Shown here: positions 1-7,289 of the stretch, piece by piece | Layout of the letters: every line of letters starts with the position of its first letter | How positions within the stretch are numbered: the stretch's first letter is position 1 | IMG/VR virus record: IMGVR_UViG_3300007770_000878 | From: a virus | Lineage: Duplodnaviria > Heunggongvirae > Uroviricota > Caudoviricetes | DNA length: 17,416 nucleotides | Direction: 5' to 3' (one strand) | Position numbers and translations under genes: made by a program | Notes under the pieces: model-generated | The model's database searches: none | Told to the model about the DNA's origin: nothing | What the model saw: only the letters and a program-made list of their open reading frames with translations

Positions 1-968
1 TTTCTGAGCTTGTTCGCAGCCGATTCGGCGGCCCAGCTAGCTGATTCGTTAGTAGCTTTGGCAATGTCGTCGAGTGTTGGGATGGGGTCTGGAAGCATGT
101 CGTTCTCCTTAACGTTCGTGGGGTTGTAATCATCCAAATCTACGTCAACAGGTCCCAGTACTGGTGGGTCCTCGGCAATACTCGCCGCCATGCATAACGC
201 GTCATAGGCACGACACTCGGCGAACGAGTACCTATGCCAGCGTTTACAGTTAGCTCCGTAGCCAGAGCAGTCGTCAAGGTCGTACACAACCATTTGGTCA
301 CTACGTACCGCTAGCAGGCCACTACTCTCGTGAACAATAGCGTTGAAGAGAATAGGGGTGAATTTACTAACATTCTCGGCATGCAGCCCGAGGGCCTGAG
401 CCACGATTAGCATTTGCTCAAACGACACTGCCTCACTATCGTGGCTAGGTCGCACATAGACCCTGCCGTTTATAAGCGTGTAGTCCAAATCTCTGCGGCC
501 AAGCAGTTGGAAGCACTTAGCCACAAATTCCGCCCCTTGCGGGTGGATGTGCTTGCCCAGAAAACTCTCACGGTGTGTGCCTGTCAGTTGCTCTACGTAC
601 TGTCTCGTAGGCCGCCAATGTTGTGGTACGAGTTGTTTTGTCGAGCCGCTAAGCCCGTACGTTCGCCAGTTGCGTCGTGGGGCAAGTTCAACCGTGTAAC
701 CAGAAGGCCAGGTAAACGGTCGCGAAACAATCAACTGGCGAAGTAATGGATTGCCGCGAAGGCCGGGTGTGTAGTCGTGGGGTTCGCCATAGAACCACGT
801 ATCGAACCCCGGTACGTCAAAACCAGTAGAGTCGGCTAGATAGGTCGTGTCGACTAGTAGCCTATCGTGCGTAACGTAGTACAGTAGGTGGGTGTCGTTA
901 CCGCCGCGTATTGTCGACAACCGGGCTAGAAAAACCTCAGCCTCATGAGGCAAACAAGAACCTGACAT
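1..968 (-). CDS. Hypothetical protein, >322 aa, 3' end runs off the left edge (absent from the ORF track)
   Basis: Manual translation from ATG at 968 gives no stop down to position 1 (MSGSCLPHEAEVFLARL...NESASWAAESAANKLR). Strong SD AAGGAGG lies just upstream (972-978). Confidence 0.85.
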   Translation of the reverse strand, partial: MSGSCLPHEAEVFLARLSTIRGGNDTHLLYYVTHDRLLVDTTYLADSTGFDVPGFDTWFYGEPHDYTPGLRGNPLLRQLIVSRPFTWPSGYTVELAPRRNWRTYGLSGSTKQLVPQHWRPTRQYVEQLTGTHRESFLGKHIHPQGAEFVAKCFQLLGRRDLDYTLINGRVYVRPSHDSEAVSFEQMLIVAQALGLHAENVSKFTPILFNAIVHESSGLLAVRSDQMVVYDLDDCSGYGANCKRWHRYSFAECRAYDALCMAASIAEDPPVLGPVDVDLDDYNPTNVKENDMLPDPIPTLDDIAKATNESASWAAESAANKLR

Positions 969-1001
969 AACTCCTCCTTGATTCGGTAGGTAACGAGTAA
1001 A

Positions 1002-1036
1002 GCGGGGAGCGGGCGGGGCAGGGACCCACCCCCCGC
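1002..1036 (-). terminator. GC-rich 13-bp hairpin with CCCUGCCCC loop and a weak U-tract (UUUAC); terminator-like or structured 3' element
   Basis: Stem GCGGGGGGUGGGU/GCCCGCUCCCCGC contains 3 G-U pairs, which pair only on the minus-strand RNA. It lies just after the stop of 1055..1564. Confidence 0.55.
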
Positions 1037-1054
1037 AACTCGGTCCAATGTATG

Positions 1055-1564
1055 TTAGTCGCCGAATAGTCCGAATTTGATGTGCTGTTTGCGGCGGTCA
1101 GCAAAACCGCACACACAACCGCCAAGCAGTATTTGCTGGGTAGAACACGTGCATTCGCCCAGATCGAGGTCGTCAACAGCCAGTGTTGGTTCGAGCGAGG
1201 TCATTTGTGCAGGCGGGCTAACAGCCTCCGTAGTGCACATGAGCCGCCTGAACCACAGTTCAGGGAGATTACGTCTTCCAACCATATGCCCATGATCGTC
1301 CTTAGGAAGAACTCTGACCAACATACCGGGTTTGAAAGTTTGGCCGCCCAGCCGAAGAGACGTTATACGGATGTCCGAAATAAAAAGCAGCCTGTCCGTC
1401 TGATAAAACAATACCATCCACCTCTCGATCTGCTCATGCTGGCCCCTGGACATTCTTCCACGTTGCGACATGTCGAAGTTGCCCAACGCCTTTACTTCAT
1501 CACCGATCTCGAATCGATTTACTTGTGTCACCTTCTTGGTTGGGGCATATTTTCTCTTAGCCAC
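1055..1564 (-). CDS. Hypothetical protein (169 aa) with C-terminal CxC-x9-CxC motif
   Basis: GTG start preceded by GGAGGA; ends ...ECTCSTQQILLGGCVCG... Confidence 0.8.
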   Translation of the reverse strand: MAKRKYAPTKKVTQVNRFEIGDEVKALGNFDMSQRGRMSRGQHEQIERWMVLFYQTDRLLFISDIRITSLRLGGQTFKPGMLVRVLPKDDHGHMVGRRNLPELWFRRLMCTTEAVSPPAQMTSLEPTLAVDDLDLGECTCSTQQILLGGCVCGFADRRKQHIKFGLFGD

Positions 1565-1579
1565 TGGTTATCCTCCGTG

Positions 1580-1614
1580 AAAAGAAAAAAGCCGTCCCCG
1601 CAAGCGAGGACGGC
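1580..1614 (-). terminator. Rho-independent terminator
   Basis: Minus strand GCCGUCC-UCGCUUGCGG-GGACGGC followed by UUUUUUCUUUU, intergenic. Confidence 0.8.
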
Positions 1615-1627
1615 CCTGCCCTCCTTA

Positions 1628-1641
1628 CTCGCCGAAGCGAG
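1628..1641 (-). other. C(UUCG)G tetraloop hairpin just upstream of the terminator
   Basis: CUCGC-UUCG-GCGAG begins about 10 nt after the stop at 1651; the stem can extend through CUCC/GGAG. Confidence 0.6.
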
Positions 1642-1650
1642 GGGAGTATC

Positions 1651-1932
1651 CTACGAAAAACGCCCTGCGGCCAGGTCGGCAGCGTGCTTGGCCGCCTCGC
1701 GGCCCCAGGCCTCGCCAACGGCTTTGCCGGAATAGACACCGGCAGCACCCATGGCAAGAAGCCACTGCATGGTCATGCCTGCGACAAGAACGCCACCTGC
1801 AAAGACGGCACCTACAAGGATGCCAGTGCCGACAGTCTTGGTGACTTGCCACGCCGCACTAGGCGGTTGCGGCAAACCCGTATCGTCAGCAACGTTGGGA
1901 AGGTCAGCCATACTGGGTTGATTGGTACTCAT
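1651..1932 (-). CDS. Small membrane protein (93 aa), Gly/Ala-rich hydrophobic segment
   Basis: ATG with GAGGAG SD; hydrophobic stretch VGTGILVGAVFAGGVLVAGMTMQWLLAMGAAGVY. Confidence 0.8.
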   Translation of the reverse strand: MSTNQPSMADLPNVADDTGLPQPPSAAWQVTKTVGTGILVGAVFAGGVLVAGMTMQWLLAMGAAGVYSGKAVGEAWGREAAKHAADLAAGRFS

Positions 1933-1940
1933 AATAAACT

Positions 1941-1960
1941 CTCCTCAAATAGGTACTGGG
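1941..1960 (-). promoter_or_regulatory. Repeated leader motif CCCAGTACCTATTTGAGGAG (copy 1; includes the SD)
   Basis: 19/20 identical to 12250-12269; the 10-nt core is also at 3785-3794. Confidence 0.65.
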
Positions 1961-1968
1961 GTAGTGAA

Positions 1969-2032
1969 CAAAAGAAGCGGCCCACCGTGATCCCGCAACA
2001 GCGGGGCAGGGACTGTTGAGGCGGTGGGCCGC
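1969..2032 (-). terminator. Long imperfect hairpin with U-rich tail and CCCUGCCCC apical loop
   Basis: 11-bp outer inverted repeat GCGGCCCACCG (1977-1987/2022-2032), inner CAACAG/CUGUUG stem, followed by UUCUUUUGUU; begins 7 nt after the stop at 2040. Confidence 0.7.
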
Positions 2033-2039
2033 ATTTCGG

Positions 2040-2573
2040 TTAGCTGGCTAAACGCAACGATGATCTCCGGTCTAGGGCGGCATCCCAGTTCGGAGACGCT
2101 GGAGTGAGTAGCTCAGCTGAATACTTGATAAGCCTCACCTGGCCAGGACGGGTAGACTCAAAACCCTGCCAGGATACATGAACACGATCGGCAATGTCGC
2201 TTGTGCCGAGCATACACGCTCGCCAGAAGGCAAGCGGGTCGACGACGCCAGTAAGAGAGTGGCGTGGGTCAGGCGAAACCGTCTCCGCCCTAGCGACTAT
2301 ATCAGGGGCTGCCCGCCCCTCCGAGATCACGCCGCAGTAAACAACGCGGATCTCAGCTCTGTCAAGCACTGGATGATAGTTTCGATCGAGTGGCGAGAAC
2401 ATACCCGCCGGGATCGCTCCTATCGTTCCGTAGTCACGAGCGGCCCGCGTTCGAAAGAATCGTGTCATTCGAATTAGCACTACGTCAGCAGTGCCTTGGC
2501 CGTCTCCTGTTAGACGCGTATCTGGTAGCTGAAGCACCGGCACGCGTCCGCCTCCTTGCAATCTGATAATCAT
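2040..2573 (-). CDS. Hypothetical protein (177 aa)
   Basis: ATG start, GGAG upstream, packed against the upstream gene, no recognisable motif. Confidence 0.75.
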   Translation of the reverse strand: MIIRLQGGGRVPVLQLPDTRLTGDGQGTADVVLIRMTRFFRTRAARDYGTIGAIPAGMFSPLDRNYHPVLDRAEIRVVYCGVISEGRAAPDIVARAETVSPDPRHSLTGVVDPLAFWRACMLGTSDIADRVHVSWQGFESTRPGQVRLIKYSAELLTPASPNWDAALDRRSSLRLAS

Positions 2574-2586
2574 CCTGATTAAACTC

Positions 2587-3159
2587 CTAAAGTTCGCTAC
2601 GGCTAGTCCACTCCGCAGGGGTGTCGGCGTAATGGACCTTGCCGGACTTGTCGGTAATGGTCAGCCGCCAGGTATCGTTAGCTTCGGGGTCAAGGTCCAT
2701 GGCAAGCTCGGTTGTGGCAGGCAGCCATACGCCTACCCAGAGCCCGTCTTGCCCGATATGGTGAGATGTGAGGCCTGCAGCCTGGCAAGCTGTAACACAC
2801 TCCGACACTTTCGTTCGCCACGTAGTGCCCAGCACTTTTTGAAGCGTGTCCGCCTCCCTGACATAACCGCGTTCGCCGCTTTTATCGCGTTGAACTATGC
2901 TCCACAGACGGAACACCATACTCTTAAGCACCTTTACGTTGACCTGCGGCTCACGCAAAGTGTGGCGACGCTTTAGCCAACTTGGCGGATCGAGGCCTGC
3001 GGTATACCAGAACTCGGTTAGGCCCGCGTGAGCCTCGTCGCAAGCCGTAATATCGTGCCGTGACGACATAAACTTCTCGGAAGCCTTCGCCAGGTCTCGG
3101 CAGGCGGCAAGGAAGGCTTTACGATCAAACTTTTTTGGCTTACTCGATTGCTTGGCCAT
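2587..3159 (-). CDS. Hypothetical protein (190 aa)
   Basis: ATG with AAAGGA SD; fits the minus-strand gene tiling. Confidence 0.8.
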   Translation of the reverse strand: MAKQSSKPKKFDRKAFLAACRDLAKASEKFMSSRHDITACDEAHAGLTEFWYTAGLDPPSWLKRRHTLREPQVNVKVLKSMVFRLWSIVQRDKSGERGYVREADTLQKVLGTTWRTKVSECVTACQAAGLTSHHIGQDGLWVGVWLPATTELAMDLDPEANDTWRLTITDKSGKVHYADTPAEWTSRSEL

Positions 3160-3182
3160 GACGCAGTAATCCTTTACTAAAG

Positions 3183-3599
3183 CTACAGATCCGAAGTAGC
3201 AGATGCCGCTGCTACGACCTCGCAGATACGGTCTACGCGGTCATATATCTCCTGGTGCTGCGGGGTGAAATCCTCGAGCACTTGCGGAGTACCGTCGCCA
3301 GACAAAGTGGCTCCGCCTTGTTTGTAGTGCACATAGCTGAACACCTGCGAACCGTCGCGGGCAGCAGCCTGTATGCACACGCTATTAGCTTCGCCTGACA
3401 CCTCGTTGGGTTCTCGGCAAAGCAAAAACTGGTGACCGGTGGGCGTGATGAATCTGACCATGTTGATCCGGCCATAATCATCACGCTCTGTCCGAGTCAC
3501 ACGAAGACGCGGGTTCTCGGCTTCGAGAGTTCGCATCAGTATACTGGCCACACCTTGAATAAACGGTGCGTCCTCATCGTGTTTGAGTTCCAGAGTCAA
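3183..3599 (-). CDS. Hypothetical protein (about 138 aa; start trimmed from 3701 to TTG at 3599)
   Basis: AAGGAAGG overlaps the upstream stop (3613) and precedes an in-frame TTG; trimming removes the overlap with 3613..3771. Confidence 0.7.
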   Translation of the reverse strand: MTLELKHDEDAPFIQGVASILMRTLEAENPRLRVTRTERDDYGRINMVRFITPTGHQFLLCREPNEVSGEANSVCIQAAARDGSQVFSYVHYKQGGATLSGDGTPQVLEDFTPQHQEIYDRVDRICEVVAAASATSDL

Positions 3600-3612
3600 G
3601 GTAGTCCCTTCC

Positions 3613-3771
3613 TTACTGGGTGAACCAGACGTACACCATCTTGAGAACCATGAGGCCCACGGCTCCGTGCAATATGCCTTTAGCGTACAGCTTGGTGTCA
3701 CGGTTTATCAGCTCGCTTGCTCGTTTGAGATAGTCGAAAGCACTACCTTCCTGATTTGGTGCTGTGGTCAT
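3613..3771 (-). CDS. Small protein (52 aa) with C-terminal hydrophobic helix (start trimmed from 3897)
   Basis: MTTAPNQEG...GILHGAVGLMVLKMVYVWFTQ; GGAG SD and the CCCAGTACCT motif precede ATG at 3771. Confidence 0.7.
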   Translation of the reverse strand: MTTAPNQEGSAFDYLKRASELINRDTKLYAKGILHGAVGLMVLKMVYVWFTQ

Positions 3772-3784
3772 GGTATTGCTCCGC

Positions 3785-3794
3785 AGGTACTGGG
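3785..3794 (-). promoter_or_regulatory. Repeated leader motif core CCCAGTACCT (copy 2)
   Basis: Lies between the stop at 3797 and the GGAG SD of the ATG at 3771. Confidence 0.55.
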
Positions 3795-3796
3795 GG

Positions 3797-4348
3797 TTAG
3801 TCTCTTGCCCAAAGTGGAAGCTCTGGGCCGAAGAAGCTACAATGCTCCTCTCTACGAGAAGACCCGGATGGATCTTCGTACGGCGGGGGAAGATCACTTA
3901 CATCGCCCTCGCCTTCTTCGTCATCGTCGCTGTCGTCATAACCTGCAACCTCGTCGTGCTCTAGGCCAGTAGCCTCGGTGTTACGCCAGCCTGTTTGCGA
4001 CTCATAACCAGACTTGAGTACTTGAAACATGCCTTCGGCGTCTTCTTGGTTAGCTACACGACAACGCAACGGCTCACAAAACAGCTCGAACTCTCCTTCA
4101 GCACGCCACCAACGTACATCTTGTACTGTTAGATGGGATGCGACTTCGGCGTCTTCCCCACGGTCGGGCAAGACATTAGCGAAGCCGTAGTCGTGCACCC
4201 ACGCGTCCAGGTCCTTGTACAAGGCCAGCGTCATACCTAGAGAAGGATCGAACGGCATACGATCGTTCCTCATCATACGGCTGAACCAGACATTGCCTTC
4301 CCCGTCAAAGAACTCGATAGGGACTACGAGGGTTACGTTGTGATGCAT
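3797..4348 (-). CDS. Hypothetical protein (about 183 aa) with acidic C-terminal patch (start trimmed from 4426)
   Basis: AAGGAG-6 nt-ATG at 4348; the 4349-4426 extension contains a terminator and is therefore probably non-coding. Confidence 0.8.
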   Translation of the reverse strand: MHHNVTLVVPIEFFDGEGNVWFSRMMRNDRMPFDPSLGMTLALYKDLDAWVHDYGFANVLPDRGEDAEVASHLTVQDVRWWRAEGEFELFCEPLRCRVANQEDAEGMFQVLKSGYESQTGWRNTEATGLEHDEVAGYDDSDDDEEGEGDVSDLPPPYEDPSGSSRREEHCSFFGPELPLWARD

Positions 4349-4374
4349 GCACAGCTCCTTGTGCGTTAGGCCAT

Positions 4375-4404
4375 AAAAAAAGGCCAGGCATCGATGCCTG
4401 GCCT
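4375..4404 (-). terminator. Rho-independent terminator (perfect 24-bp palindrome followed by U7)
   Basis: AGGCCAGGCATCGATGCCTGGCCT at 4381-4404, then a T run on the minus strand. A second small hairpin AGGAG-N8-CTCCT lies directly upstream (4406-4423). Confidence 0.85.
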
Positions 4405-4454
4405 CAGGAGTAATCACACTCCTCACTTAGTTATGACTTGAAACGGGTTGGAAT

Positions 4455-4979
4455 TTAGCTGTTTACAGCCGCCTTTCCAGCCTCGGTCAGCGAGTACCGA
4501 CCTTTGCTTCGCTTCCAATTACGCACTACCAGTCCTTGGCCGATATAGGTATCGAGAACGAACCGGGCCTCGTTACCTAGGTTAGCGTACCGTCGGAACT
4601 CCTCTACAGACACCTCGCCGTAGGTATTGAGGACCTCCAGGTGCGTAGGCTCTGCTGACGATAACGCCGTAACCAAATCCTTGGCCTCTTGCTCGTCACT
4701 GACCTCTTCTGTGACAGGGAGAACTTCTTCCTTGTCGGGCTCGGCCCAATCACTAGGCGGAACGTTGCCGGAGATTGCTCTGTCTTCCAACACTGCTTCG
4801 TCTTCTTCAACCTCGTCAACGATTTCCTCGGGTAGAGGGTCAGCGTCGGCGACGGCGTCTAACACTTCTTGCAACTCGTCTTGTTGCTCGTCCACCTCAG
4901 GGTTCACAACGTCAGCTTCAGGCTCGTCGAGCAGGTCGTCGAGATCGTTATCCAAAAGTGGGTCTTTGTCTTTACTCAT
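4455..4979 (-). CDS. Protein with highly acidic N-terminus and winged-helix-like C-terminus (174 aa)
   Basis: About 40 D/E in the first ~100 residues; the C-terminus ARFVLDTYIGQGLVVRNWKRSKGRYSLTEAGKAA resembles the L..xGLV...YxLTxxG wing pattern of wHTH proteins. Confidence 0.65.
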   Translation of the reverse strand: MSKDKDPLLDNDLDDLLDEPEADVVNPEVDEQQDELQEVLDAVADADPLPEEIVDEVEEDEAVLEDRAISGNVPPSDWAEPDKEEVLPVTEEVSDEQEAKDLVTALSSAEPTHLEVLNTYGEVSVEEFRRYANLGNEARFVLDTYIGQGLVVRNWKRSKGRYSLTEAGKAAVNS

Positions 4980-4986
4980 AGTGTAC

Positions 4987-5012
4987 TTTCACTAAAAGGG
5001 GTTCGAGTGAAA
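4987..5012. promoter_or_regulatory. Inverted repeat TTTCACT-N12-AGTGAAA upstream of the acidic wHTH gene
   Basis: Fills the intergenic gap between the stop at 5013 and ATG at 4979. Confidence 0.4.
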
Positions 5013-5699
5013 CTATGCTCCTATCCTACTAAGGAAGTTGAAATTTGGGGAGGTCGGATTGGCTACTCCGCCCTGTTGCGACAGTTGCCTCAGGAAGTCC
5101 GCCCCACGGGCTTGTTGTGGTCCAACCATCTGGCTAGTCTGCTGCAAGGCACTGCCGATGTTCTTGTTGCCGCCAGCAGCACGTCGAGCCATACGCCCTG
5201 CTACGCTCTTACCGCCAGTACCCATTGTCATGGCGTGGTACATGCCTTTGTTGAGCGTGCTTGGCAGATTACTGGCCATACGTCCCAACGCCTTGGCACC
5301 GCTGCCTACGGCTCCTAACGCCTTGCTACCAGCATGCCCTACCATACCCATAGGTGTGTTACGTAATGCTGTACGAAACCCTTGGTTGGCTCCAGCAACG
5401 CTGCCTCCTCGTGCGGCTTGTCCTGCCAAGCGAGCACCGCCGCGACCTAAGGCACTTCGCCCCAGGGCTCTTCCGCCTGCAAGAAGCCCTCGAGCCAAAC
5501 CGCCAAACGCCTGTTTCTCCAACGGAGAGAGTTGGGTGAGAAAAGCTTTCTTCACCTCGTGGTCGACACGGTCACTCAGCATCACCCGTAGTTTCGCTGC
5601 TGATGACCGTTCCGCGAACTTGGTCATTGCTCCCTGCACATCCTTCGTCGTCTTGCTGCCCGATGGGGCTGTTTTGCACGCACTCTTCTTGACTGTCAT
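5013..5699 (-). CDS. Gly/Ala/Arg-rich cationic protein (228 aa; alternative start ATG at 5627)
   Basis: Long ORF with AAGGA upstream of 5699; the last 164 residues contain a single acidic residue. Confidence 0.75.
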   Translation of the reverse strand: MTVKKSACKTAPSGSKTTKDVQGAMTKFAERSSAAKLRVMLSDRVDHEVKKAFLTQLSPLEKQAFGGLARGLLAGGRALGRSALGRGGARLAGQAARGGSVAGANQGFRTALRNTPMGMVGHAGSKALGAVGSGAKALGRMASNLPSTLNKGMYHAMTMGTGGKSVAGRMARRAAGGNKNIGSALQQTSQMVGPQQARGADFLRQLSQQGGVANPTSPNFNFLSRIGA

Positions 5700-5835
5700 C
5701 CCTGTATTCCTTGTTTCGTACGAAGAGCCTATCTTCGCATAGTTTGGTTATTCCGGTTCCCTGAAGCTCAGCTTCCCTCCGCAAAGCGGCGAACTGGGCT
5801 TCAGACATCCAAATCGTTATCGCCTTCGACAACAT
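5572..5835 (-). CDS. Putative ribbon-helix-helix (CopG/Arc-like) DNA-binding protein (87 aa)
   Basis: N-terminus AITIWMSEAQFAALRREAELQGTGITKLCEDRL fits the strand / helix A / G / helix B pattern; GAGGA SD precedes the ATG. Confidence 0.55.
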   Translation of the reverse strand: MLSKAITIWMSEAQFAALRREAELQGTGITKLCEDRLFVRNKEYRDDSQEECVQNSPIGQQDDEGCAGSNDQVRGTVISSETTGDAE

Positions 5836-5995
5836 TGCCCCGGTCCTCTCTGAACCGTTTGAGTTTATGACGAAGCTTATCCACCTGATCCTTCAAGTCG
5901 GCCATCTCTGGCATGAGTGTTTTGTTGACGTAATCCGCTATAGCCTCGTCAGCTTGTGTGCGGCGGACGAGTGAGTCGAACTGGAGCGGGGTCAT
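5801..5995 (-). CDS. Small coiled-coil protein (64 aa)
   Basis: ATGA coupling to the upstream stop; heptad-like MADLKDQVDKLRHKL. Confidence 0.7.
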   Translation of the reverse strand: MTPLQFDSLVRRTQADEAIADYVNKTLMPEMADLKDQVDKLRHKLKRFREDRGNVVEGDNDLDV

Positions 5996-6582
5996 TGGGC
6001 CTGCGGTCCTTCCGGGTTCTTTGTGATCTCAATGTTACGGGTGGTAGTAGGGTCATCGTCCGTACACGACGAATCGTGCAAGAAGTCGATCCCCTGCGAA
6101 CGCACAAGTTCCTCAACAACCTCTAGTTGTCGCCGCCAGAATGTGAGGATCAAACCGGCAGTGTAGGGTGTCTCCTGGGGGCCGAGCGGCATCGGTATGG
6201 TAGCTATCTGGCCGTCCTCGAAGACTACGCCAACATTGAGAAAAATGCTGACGGGAGGATGCTTGAGGGGCGGACGCCCCGAATAAACGAGAGCAGGCCA
6301 CCAGCTAGTTAGGTGGCCGCATGCAGTGAAGGGACTATCGAAGATTTGTTCTACGAACTCGAACGCATCTTCGTCGTCCTCAGCGAGATCATAGGCCTCG
6401 GAAAGAAGGGATTGGTCAGGAAACAGTTCGTCCTGTTCCTGGGTCCAATCGTAAAACTCGTGTATGGTTGCCTGTTCCGCATCCGACGTATCGAGATCGT
6501 TATCGACCAGATACCGGCGGAATAGGTGGAGTACCAGAGTGAACGGAGCACTCTGGTACCTCAGCTTTGGGTTGTGTTCCAT
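5992..6582 (-). CDS. Hypothetical acidic protein (about 196 aa; start trimmed from 6627)
   Basis: GGAG-7 nt-ATG (MEHNPK) at 6582. Confidence 0.75.
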   Translation of the reverse strand: MEHNPKLRYQSAPFTLVLHLFRRYLVDNDLDTSDAEQATIHEFYDWTQEQDELFPDQSLLSEAYDLAEDDEDAFEFVEQIFDSPFTACGHLTSWWPALVYSGRPPLKHPPVSIFLNVGVVFEDGQIATIPMPLGPQETPYTAGLILTFWRRQLEVVEELVRSQGIDFLHDSSCTDDDPTTTRNIEITKNPEGPQAQ

Positions 6583-6826
6583 CTGTTTGCTCCAGGTCAA
6601 GGCTCTGCACCGTCTTGGCGTAACCATCGACGAGAGTCCTTAACGCAACAAGGTCCTCGCGGAGTTTGCTGCAGCCATCGACAGCGGCAGTTAGACGCTG
6701 CTCCAAATCGCCGTGTGGCGTAAGATCCGTGCCCATCTTAATCGAGAGAAGAACCATGGGATCAGGCTCTGCCGAAGGGAAGTAACTCGCCTCCTCGCCA
6801 CTTGGGTATTTTAGCGGTTCCGTCAT
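6500..6826 (-). CDS. Hypothetical protein (108 aa) with central coiled coil
   Basis: ATGA coupling to 6823; LEQRLTAAVDGCSKLREDLVALRTLVDGY is heptad-like. Confidence 0.7.
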   Translation of the reverse strand: MTEPLKYPSGEEASYFPSAEPDPMVLLSIKMGTDLTPHGDLEQRLTAAVDGCSKLREDLVALRTLVDGYAKTVQSLDLEQTDGTQPKAEVPECSVHSGTPPIPPVSGR

Positions 6827-7104
6827 TGAAAATCAGCCCGAAGTATTCCGGCAATATGCCCGATAGCTGGGCCTATCTCGCATTTCATGTTGATGAGTGC
6901 CCAGTTATCCACTAGGTAAGGGCAGCCTGTCCCTAGACGCTCAGCGTAGGCCCTACGCACCTCCCAAGTGGTGCGGTCAAGTTCTTTGTCGTATTCCTCA
7001 GGATAGAGGATCTCGTCACACTCGCGACAGTATCCGTTGCTACGAGGCGTGTCCAAGATCAGTTTATCTCTGCCACAGCCAGGACAACTCATTTGCGTGT
7101 CCAC
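6823..7104 (-). CDS. Zn-ribbon protein (93 aa)
   Basis: CPGC-x15-CREC near the N-terminus. Confidence 0.75.
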   Translation of the reverse strand: MDTQMSCPGCGRDKLILDTPRSNGYCRECDEILYPEEYDKELDRTTWEVRRAYAERLGTGCPYLVDNWALINMKCEIGPAIGHIAGILRADFQ

Positions 7105-7289
7105 TTTATTAGTTGGGTCTTGAGATTGGCTGCTCGCTTCTCCAAAATAGTCAGCGAGTCCTCTAGAAAATGCTCTGGGTCAACCTGCTCGTCCTTGGAC
7201 ATGGGCTCCGCTATGAAGCCTTGCTCGGCCATTACACTTTCGAGCAACTCCAGGTGACCGCGAATCCGTTCGATCTGATGCTGAATCAT
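7089..7289 (-). CDS. Small helical protein (66 aa)
   Basis: ATGA coupling to 7286; fits the tiling. Confidence 0.7.
   Translation of the reverse strand: MIQHQIERIRGHLELLESVMAEQGFIAEPMSKDEQVDPEHFLEDSLTILEKRAANLKTQLIKWTRK

Noticed and set aside
1082-1735. 217 aa plus-strand ORF, and the other plus-strand ORFs such as 5038..5742, 4627..4995 and 14043..14513
   Set aside because: They lie antisense to minus-strand genes that have SDs and couplings, their composition is typical of shadow frames, and all terminators point in the minus direction.
1625-1852. Cys/Arg/His-rich 75 aa ORF resembling a metallothionein or protamine
   Set aside because: It is an alternative frame of the Gly/Ala/Val-rich 93 aa gene, which explains the Cys/Arg content, and it has no convincing SD.
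4349-4426. N-terminal extension of ORF 3797..4426 (and similar extensions at 3772-3897, 3600-3701 and 6583-6627)
   Set aside because: Each overlaps a terminator or a neighbouring gene, and better SD-linked starts lie downstream.
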